Shown: positions 1-6,341 of the stretch, piece after piece
Position numbering within the stretch: position 1 is the first letter of the stretch
Layout: the number at the start of each line of letters is the position of its first letter
Source of the DNA: Geosiphon pyriformis uo1
Lineage: Eukaryota; Fungi; Glomeromycota
NCBI GenBank assembly: GCA_016748015.1
Contig: JAAOMT010000310.1
Span: forward strand, 1-6,341
Length of the DNA: 6,341 nt
Reading direction: 5' to 3'
Position numbers and translations under genes: made by a program
The notes under the pieces: model-generated
Seen by the model: only the letters and a program-made list of their open reading frames with translations
Told to the model about the DNA's origin: nothing
Database searches by the model: none

Positions 1-1257
1 AAATGTATCTTTAGTTCGCCGAAATTTGAGCAAAGAGAAAAAGTGCAAGTTCATAGACTAGTACTACAACAAGTTGTATAAAAGAAGAGCTTTTCTTTTC
101 TGGAAAATGTATCTTACTTTAGATTTATCTCTTGAAACCATTCCTATACACACAAAAAGAAATAAATATCAAATAATTCAAAAAAACCAAATTCTTTAAT
201 TATTGTACTTGGAAAATCACCAAAACCCAACTAACATTTCGAAATTGATTAGCTACCAATTTCAGTAAACTGTTAGTAACTTCAGGCCTGGATAGAAAAC
301 GTTTCTTTTGACAAAATTCTATTTCTTTTACATTTTTTTTATTTTTTTTTTCTTTTCTTATTACAATTATTAAGGTAGTCTACAGATAAGATTCTGGTAG
401 AAGAGTTGACTTTCACAGCAAAGTAACTATACATTTTAGTGAGCTTCCAGACGAGCAATTCCTGGGAAAGCATTGATGTTTACTACAATATAACTACATA
501 AAATAACTGGCACAGAATTGGCCATTTCACTTATAAGCCCAGCAGTTCAAATTATAGGAGATAATTTGAAGATAAATTCAGTTATTAGAGGTTCAACTAC
601 TTCCTGAGAATGTGAATTCACAGCAAATCAATATTATCAACATTTAAGAAAAGAGACCAAAACCTCCGATAACAGCATTTATATATTTACACTATTAATA
701 AATATACTTATTGGTTATATCAACTTAATTATTCACTATTAACATTTCATGTTAATAATAACTGATATCTGATTACACTAGAACAATAGCTTTTAATTAT
801 GGTTATTGACAGAATACTAATTTGTCTTGGCTTAATTACTTTATTTTCTTTATTTTTTTTATTTTTTCTTTTATCTTGTTTTGTTATTTACTAAAATTGA
901 ATAAGGATTAAGTACTGAATGGTTGATGTCAAAAGACTGGTAAAAGACCTGGGAACAAAGATAAAAACTCATCAAATTGAGAATAACTTACCAGGAGATT
1001 ACTGGTCACTATGCTGAAAAAAAAATTTGATAGAATTATGATTCTGGGAGGCTATTGAAAACAACCATTGAATCTTTGTCTATTATACAAAAGACTCAAA
1101 TCTAAAACCTTTAGATTGACAAAACCTTTAGATTGACAAAACTTTCAGATTAACAAAACCTTCAAAAATTACCAAATATTACCAATCAAATTAGTAATTG
1201 AGCACCAAGTTATGGATTTGTTATTTGATTTGTGACCCCAAATAATCATCTGTAACA
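1..1257 (+). mobile_element. Right-hand part of a second, related TG...CA element (left end outside the window)
   Basis: LINE homology stops abruptly at 1258, directly against AATCATCTGTAACA (1244-1257). This resembles the right end of the 866-bp element (AATCATTCCGTAACA). No matching TGTTAC left end is present within 1-1257. Confidence 0.72.
1..1257 (+). pseudogene. Putative decayed ORF of unknown function (frame +1, >=419 codons) inside the left element
   Basis: Frame +1 reads protein-like throughout (LQAWIENVSFDKI; SNSWESIDVYYNITT*NNWHRIGHFTY; MVDVKRLVKDLGTKIKTHQIENNLPGDYWS; FWEAIENNH). I count about 27 stops by hand, with TGA+TAG outnumbering TAA, consistent with decay of CGA/CAG/CAA. 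No domain recognised. Confidence 0.45.
1104..1164 (+). repeat. 17-bp tandem repeat, ~3.6 copies (AAAACCTTTAGATTGAC)
   Basis: 1104-1120 and 1121-1137 are identical. 1138-1154 (AAAACTTTCAGATTAAC) differs only by transitions. 1155-1164 is a partial copy. Confidence 0.95.
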
Positions 1258-2316
1258 TTATTTACTATATATGCTCTTAGAAATAAAACTGAATTGGATT
1301 TTGTAACTAATAATAAGATGTAACACTACTAAAACCAAATAAAAAAGCTGTTTATCTAAAATAGATTTTTTCAAGACCACATTAGCAAAAAACTTGACAT
1401 CTGAGTGTGTTTTTATTAAGCTAAGCTTGAACATATCCTCAAAAGACAAAAAAATACCAAAATACTTATGAAATTTTCCCTTTTATGCAATTAATATTAA
1501 CAGATTACTTATTAACAATAAGATATTCTTAACTTTCTAGTTAATAAAAATGGCTACCATTTTTTTATTATTAATTGAAATATTATTAAGCCTAAAAAAA
1601 TCACTTGTAATATCCAAAATATACTAAGTAACAGTCTAACTATTCTTTACTCAAATTGTGTTATTAACAAAAGTTTTAGCAGCCAAATATAAAGTCAACT
1701 TATTCTGGACTTCTATTCTATCAGTTTTGGCAACAAACTTAGTATCAATGTGGTAATCACACAGGCTTTTGTGTCTCTTAACTTCACACAAAAGAGGATC
1801 ATAAAAGATTCTTCAGAGCAAAAGTGAAAAAATCTCATCTGATTCAGGCTATCATATATATAATACTCATTAGTAAGCCCAAAATCTATTATAATCCAGT
1901 TTATCTTATCATTGTAAATGCTACCAAAACCTAACAAAGCATTTACATATTTTAATTTAAACCAAACTGTTCTTAAGATGATATCAGCCAACTAAATTAT
2001 ATGCTTTTTGCATATTCTACAAAATTAACCAAAGTTCATAATCTTTTTTCAAAGCATCTTTAACAACCAAATCTACTACAAAAATAAAAGACTAAGTAAT
2101 AGTGTCTTTTAATACAGAAAAATTATTATCATGCAGCACATCAAATTTGCTACATGCCAACAAAATTTTATCAAAGAACAACTTAGAAAGGATCTTTTGA
2201 ACAGTCTTAATTAAGGCAATTGGTCTAATATTAGTCAAAATTTTCTTCTACTTATAAGACTTAGGAATTATTAAAACCCAAGCTTTTTTTCAAAGACTAA
2301 GCACTAATTTATGTAC
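1258..2316 (-). pseudogene. LINE ORF2 3' part: reverse transcriptase domains 1-7 and start of the thumb
   Basis: WVLIIPK...NIRPIALIKTVQKILSK (domains 1-2), LWLIL*NMQKAYNLVG (DxxKAYDSV, domain 3), DSLNQ/EIFSLLL*RIFYDPLL (GxxQGxxxSPLL, domain 4), FVNN at 1671-1660 (catalytic F/YxDD), ISINNKKM (domain 6), HKYFGIFL (YLG, domain 7). Frameshifts near 1927 and 1838. Confidence 0.93.
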
Positions 2317-2415
2317 TGTTACAGTTTAAGAATTTAGCAAAAAGAATTATAAAAATAATACAAACTATTCAATTATAATATAGCACAGTAATAATCTTAG
2401 AAAGGTAATGATTAA

Positions 2416-2505
2416 CATAATAGCAAACACCATCTCACAATAGTGGCAAGCACCAGTTCACAATAGCAGTCAATACTAACTGGTGATAGCAGCAAACACC
2501 AGGTT
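2416..2505 (+). repeat. Four degenerate ~23-bp tandem units (approx. CACAATAGCAGCAAACACCAGTT)
   Basis: Units at 2416-2435, 2436-2458, 2459-2481 and 2482-2505 share ATAG(C/T)..CAA.CACCA-like cores. TATATATA follows at 2550-2557. Confidence 0.65.
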
Positions 2506-2701
2506 GAAATATCAAAAAGAAAGTATTTTCTCGTAGAACTACAAACATGTATATATACAGTAGTTTTAATATTGGGAAAAAAACAATCAAGTAATAAAAA
2601 TCATAATTTATCAAGCAATAGATCCAATTTTATCCAACAAACTCCACTTTAAATCATACTTTCAAATTAAATATTCCAAGAAACCTTTAAATCAAAAAAA
2701 A

Positions 2702-3181
2702 ATGAAAAAGAATATTTAAAACTGAATTATCACAATCCAAAGTATTAAGAAACTTACTTGTATTATTTATTGAATAAAACTATTATTCATTAACTGAATC
2801 TCTTGGAAGAATAATCCTTGATCAAGATTATTCATATTGTTACTAATTGATAAAAGCTTTATTGTAAGAATTAGAAAAAGCACTAAAGACCATTAACATT
2901 CTGTGTTTCTAGATTAGAGAAACACATTAGGCAATTGCAAGAATAGCCTCAGAGAAGACCCCAAACAGTGGGTAGATTTCAGTTCAGCCTCTGAGAAGGA
3001 GTACATAAACACACACAACAATCAGGAATTGAAAAATAACTTATATCGCAACATTAAAAAAAAAGCCTTCAGTATAACAGTAACATTATCACACAAATAG
3101 AATTGAAGAACTCATGAAAGACTGATTGCAATTAAAACAGGACATCAGCAATTAAATATAACAAGAAAATCATTCCGTAAC
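2702..3181 (+). pseudogene. Putative decayed ORF (160 codons) starting inside the solo-LTR-like element and open at its 3' terminus; possibly a Gag N-terminal extension
   Basis: ATG 2702: MKKNI*N*IITIQSIKKLTCIIY*IKLLFIN*ISWKNNP*SRLF...NSLREDPKQWVDFSSASEKEYINTHNNQELKNNLYRNI...THERLIAIKTGHQQLNITRKSFRN. It has 9 stops, 5 of them TGA (expected from CGA deamination), and a 60-codon stop-free run at 2918-3097. Confidence 0.55.
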
Positions 3182-3182
3182 A

Positions 3183-4819
3183 GTACCAAACAAAAATTCA
3201 AGAGATCTAAAAGCATTACAAGAACAGAACTATTACAATGTTTCTAAAGTTTATTGATAATATCAGACAAATAAGCAGTTTTTTTATCAAGCAAATCCTT
3301 AATTACTTGTAGCAGATTATCAAAAGTAATAGTATTTATAACCTTAAAAAAGGCAGCATTATTAACATAAGCCAGCAGTAAATATTGATGACTTTATTGG
3401 TTAGAAACCCCACTTATAATCAATTTTTTTTTGTTTAATTCTTTATTATTTTATTCACTTTAGATTTAACATTATTAGGATCCAGAATTAACTTATTATT
3501 TACTATTAGATAATTCAAAACCACTTTCTAAAAAAGATGCTTCAACACATTTCTAATTGTGTAACTCTTGTTGACTGTGAAACTTTCCATCTGTTTATTA
3601 ATAACTGACCTAATTTTTAACTCTTTAGCTTACAAAAATTCAGCAAACTTAAAGACACAATATAATTTCTTTACACTAAAAAAAGCTGAATGTATACTAT
3701 CAAAATCCATACCAGAATTCAAAAAAGCCTGAACAGATGAAGTCTTATTAATGTCCAAAAAAGTTCAGTAGGTTATCAAAAACTTAAATACACTATTAAC
3801 ATTCTTATACAAAGGTTTAACAATTCTTGAAACCAAAATTTCTAACTTATAAAACCTAGAAGATATCTTGATAAAAATACTGTCAAAGTTCTTACACTAT
3901 TTTTTCTTGAAAATTTCATTTGCTAAAAAACATATTACTTTACAAACTGTATTCCATATAATATTCAAATTTGAAAATCTCTTAAACACAACAAACTTAC
4001 CAGAAAACATTGCTGTATTAGCTGCTATAGACTTCTTAAACTTGCATTACTTTGCTTTATCAGCACTTTTAATGTCAAACTTTCAACAATTCTTATTCAC
4101 TTGTTTGCAAAAAAAGTTTAATTGTGTATTTAATAATTCACTTAAACTTACAAACACAAAAACAACTTAGTAATTAGTGTCAAAATGTTTATTAACATTT
4201 AAAACATCATAATATACTACTGTATTAACCAAATTTGAAAAAACAACCACATAATTAATCATCTTTTTAGCACTTTTTGAATTTTTTTATGTAGAACTTT
4301 TTACAATCAAACTTCTTGACAAAAAATTGACCAACTTCAAATCAAGGCATTTCTTAAAACTAGCACACTTGTGCAAATTATCTTGATTGAAATTTCCACT
4401 CAAGATGACAAAAAAAGATTCATTCACAGTCTTTGCAATCAAAAAATTGATCTTACCAACTTAAAACAAATATACAGCCAAAGTGGCATTAGTATATAGC
4501 CTCAAAATTGAACCAGATAACTTATTCTTAAAAAGCAGCTTAATAGACAAAAATCTATTAAAAACTTCCAAAATTTTGTATACATGTCTTGCCAAATCAA
4601 TGTTTATAATAATTGCAACACCAGAACCCAGATAATCAGAATCCAATTTAGAAGTAAACACATATACACTAGCAAACTTGTCAGCAATTCATAGGTGGAC
4701 TTTTTCCTTCAGCTTTGTTTTAGTAACTATTGAAATCAAATTGTTCATATCTTTATGCCAACAAATAATATCCATTTGCTTAACAGAAACATTAATACTT
4801 CATATATTGGATTTGTCAT
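3183..4819 (-). pseudogene. LINE ORF2 5' part: AP-like (EEP) endonuclease, linker and RT domain 0
   Basis: Motifs in the expected order: NI*SIN (NVRG.N, ~4808-4791), ISIVTKTK (.ETK), GSGVAIII, VILSGNFNQD (GDFN; SGNFNQ at 4400-4383), T*KNS..KMINYVVV (TW..IDY), HFDTNY (S/TDH, ~4187-4170), then KKTAYLSDIINKL*K (KAxGxxGI, RT domain 0, ~3285-3241). One frameshift lies in the T-run at ~3424-3432. Confidence 0.9.
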
Positions 4820-5135
4820 TAAAAAAAAAAGTATTTACACTTAAACTAAAATTGTCTAATTTGGCCATTAAGTTTATAACTGTGTTTGATAAACTGTTCA
4901 AAGTTACTTCAAGTTTCAAAACAGCCAAAGAATCAAAACTCATCACTCTCACAATAGTCTCATCACTAGTGGTTATACTCAAATTCTTACTTATTACAAC
5001 AGGCTTCTTTGGTTTTTTATAAGATGCACTATATAAGCAAACACTCTTTACTTATTTCTTTTTTACACTTGAACAGATCCTTAAACCAGCCAAGCTTGAA
5101 CCAAAATTATCAACAAAAGTACTTACTGAATTCAT
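4816..5135 (-). pseudogene. LINE ORF1 remnant (~106 codons), probably internally deleted
   Basis: ATG at 5135-5133 gives MNSVSTFVDNFGSSLAGLRICSSVKKK*VKSVCLYSASYKKPKKPVVISKN, in frame with the supplied ORF 4800..4982 (LSITTSDETIVRV...LEVTLNSLSNTVINLMAKLDN, heptad-like). It ends at an ATGA overlap (4819-4816) with the putative ORF2 start, allowing a 1-nt slip in the adjacent homopolymer. Confidence 0.65.
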
Positions 5136-5270
5136 TATAACAAAAAAAGATAAGCTAAAAGAAATAATTAAAAGAAATACAAAAGAGAAAAGAAAAAAAA
5201 ATAACTAAAACTTCAAAAAAAAATTTTTTTGCTCTTATTATAGACAAAAGATTGACAAAAAAAAGAGTTT

Positions 5271-5830
5271 TTCATATTAAATTTAATATAAAAATTTATT
5301 TTTAAATGTTTTTTGTTTATTGTTTTGGTATATTCTTTAAAATATTGTTATAATTAAATAATATTATATTTTAATATAAGCAAAATTATAATTTATAAGT
5401 TTTTATTATGCTTAATAATTATAAAAATTTTAATTTGAATAAAATAATATTAAATCAAATATTTAATTTTTTTACAAATTTGAAAATATAATAATAGTAA
5501 AACACCAAAATAATTACATAAGAAGAAAATACATAAATTTAAAACTATTAATAAGTATAACTTATTTTTTTGGTTACTTTAACAAGTAAATTTTGTTTAT
5601 AAACTTAAGTCTTTATTGATGTTTTTGTATTGTATAGTTGACTATTACAGGTTATGTTATTTAGTATAAACACTTTAAAAACATCAAATACTTTAAAATA
5701 TAAAGGCTTTATAAATAAAAATATAATAATAATAAAAAATACATTATTAAATAATCTATAATAAAATCTATAAACTAATGCATTTTTTTAAAAAATGGTT
5801 TAGAAATTTATTTTGTAGTTAAATTTTTTC
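5271..5830. other. Extremely AT-rich low-complexity spacer
   Basis: Almost entirely A/T, with no CpG seen and no recognisable ORF. Confidence 0.8.
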
Positions 5831-6063
5831 TGTAAACATTTTAAATAGAAACCAATAGTAAATAGAGTGAATTTTCAGCATTTAGACCAGTATTTACTAA
5901 AAGATTTTTAATACAAAATGCACTTTCAATGGAAACAACGGGTTTTTAATTAAAAAAACACTCTAAACCAACAAACGTTTTTTTTTGCTTTTTTTTGGGA
6001 AAAAAACGCGTTCTGAAATGCCAAAGAATATTGTGGGAAGAACAGAGTTATAAGGCAAATGGC

Positions 6064-6126
6064 ACTCTTATATAAAAAAGGGAAAGCCTGGGAGCCTCTT
6101 AAATAACTTTAAGAGTCACTCTTAAA
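6064..6126. repeat. Cluster of four CTCTTA motifs forming overlapping inverted repeats
   Basis: CTCTTAAA-taac-TTTAAGAG (6096-6115), TTTAAGAGT-c-ACTCTTAAA (6108-6126), plus ACTCTTA at 6064-6070. Confidence 0.6.
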
Positions 6127-6209
6127 ATAAAGTAATTTAAAATTGTTTCCTAATTGATGATTTATTATATAGTATCATGTGGTTTATTATTTTATTAATA
6201 AAATAACAA

Positions 6210-6224
6210 CCCCCCCCCCCCCCC
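6210..6224. repeat. C15 homopolymer
   Basis: 15 consecutive C in an otherwise AT-rich context. Confidence 0.9.
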
Positions 6225-6341
6225 AATATACTATGTCGAGAATTTCAGCAGTGGTGCAATATTTGATGTCTTTAGAGTGCTTGTTTAATTTTAAACAATT
6301 AGCAATATTTATTGTGTTCTTATAATAAAAACTTCGACAAT

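Larger units (their letters stand above)
2317..3182 (+). mobile_element. 866-bp solo-LTR-like insertion (TG...CA, 4-bp TSD; integrase-type, probably Ty3/Gypsy-like)
   Basis: It begins TGTTACAG and ends CCGTAACA, a 7/8 inverted match whose single mismatch is a CpG>CpA change. GTAC flanks both sides (2313-2316, 3183-3186). Removing it plus one GTAC rejoins the LINE frame as ...LLNFCLVHKLVLSL*KKAWVLIIPK. There is no extended TIR. Orientation is inferred from the order repeats, TATA-like motif, ORF. Confidence 0.88.
1258..5270 (-). mobile_element. Degenerate non-LTR retrotransposon (LINE, APE-RT type), interrupted by an insertion at 2317-3182 and cut by a second insertion at 1257/1258
   Basis: Manual minus-strand translation gives, in order: pyrimidine-rich leader (~5270-5136), ORF1 remnant, ORF2 with APE motifs, linker and RT domains 0-7. 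It has many in-frame stops and at least three frameshifts. The 5' boundary (~5270) is approximate. Confidence 0.92.

Noticed and set aside
1-115. 11-bp direct repeat AAATGTATCTT (1-11, 105-115)
   Set aside because: Short, AT-rich and not associated with any element boundary.
286-295. GCCTGGATAG resembling a tRNA-Lys 5' end or primer-binding site
   Set aside because: Only 10 nt, no cloverleaf, and not adjacent to an LTR end.
114-318. Minus-strand host exon model (318-236, GT-AG intron 235-144, exon from 143: FCQKKRFLSRPEVTNSLLKLVANQFRN/EWFQEINLK)
   Set aside because: The splice-like signals are short. The same bases fit the continuous plus-strand decayed frame of the left element, with no visible boundary. 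It is not fully excluded, and RNA-seq would decide.
1104-1164. CRISPR-like array
   Set aside because: Contiguous tandem units with no spacers, in a eukaryotic repeat context.
1713-1991. Minus-strand 92-aa ORF as a standalone gene
   Set aside because: Only its middle (GSIYN...DSLNQ) is true RT frame, lying between two frameshifts. The rest is out of frame.
1258-2316. Bacterial RT system (retron, group II intron, DGR)
   Set aside because: The RT is preceded by an APE endonuclease and ORF1, which is diagnostic of non-LTR retrotransposons.
2773-2778. AATAAA poly(A) signal in the solo-LTR-like element
   Set aside because: Common by chance at this AT content, and it lies inside the putative ORF.
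3868-4170. Plus-strand 100-aa ORF
   Set aside because: Antisense shadow of the LINE ORF2 linker, with a non-ATG start and no motif.
4678-5022. Plus-strand 114-aa ORF
   Set aside because: Antisense shadow of the ORF1/ORF2 junction.
5274-5289. 16-bp perfect palindrome ATATTAAATTTAATAT
   Set aside because: A/T-only within a nearly pure A/T tract, so not distinguishable from chance.

Overview
This is an AT-rich, CpG-depleted eukaryotic repeat nest with no intact gene. It is probably fungal: the retroelement proteins resemble Glomeromycotina (Geosiphon-type) families as I recall them, not from a search. The backbone is a dead non-LTR retrotransposon (LINE) on the minus strand (~5270 to 1258). 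It has an internally shortened ORF1 and an ORF2 with an APE endonuclease and RT domains 0-7, with catalytic motifs degraded by G>A/C>T transitions (GDFN>GNFN, TDH>TNY, FVDD>FVNN). Two insertions with TGTTAC/GTAACA termini interrupt it. One is a complete 866-bp solo-LTR-like element (2317-3182) with a perfect GTAC target-site duplication; removing it restores the RT frame. The other is the right end of a related element filling 1-1257. Both insertions appear to carry long decayed plus-strand reading frames that run through their terminal GTAACA. Mutation is pervasive and includes non-CpG contexts (RIP-like). The right end is an extremely AT-rich spacer followed by a CpG-retaining segment with palindromic motifs and a C15 run.
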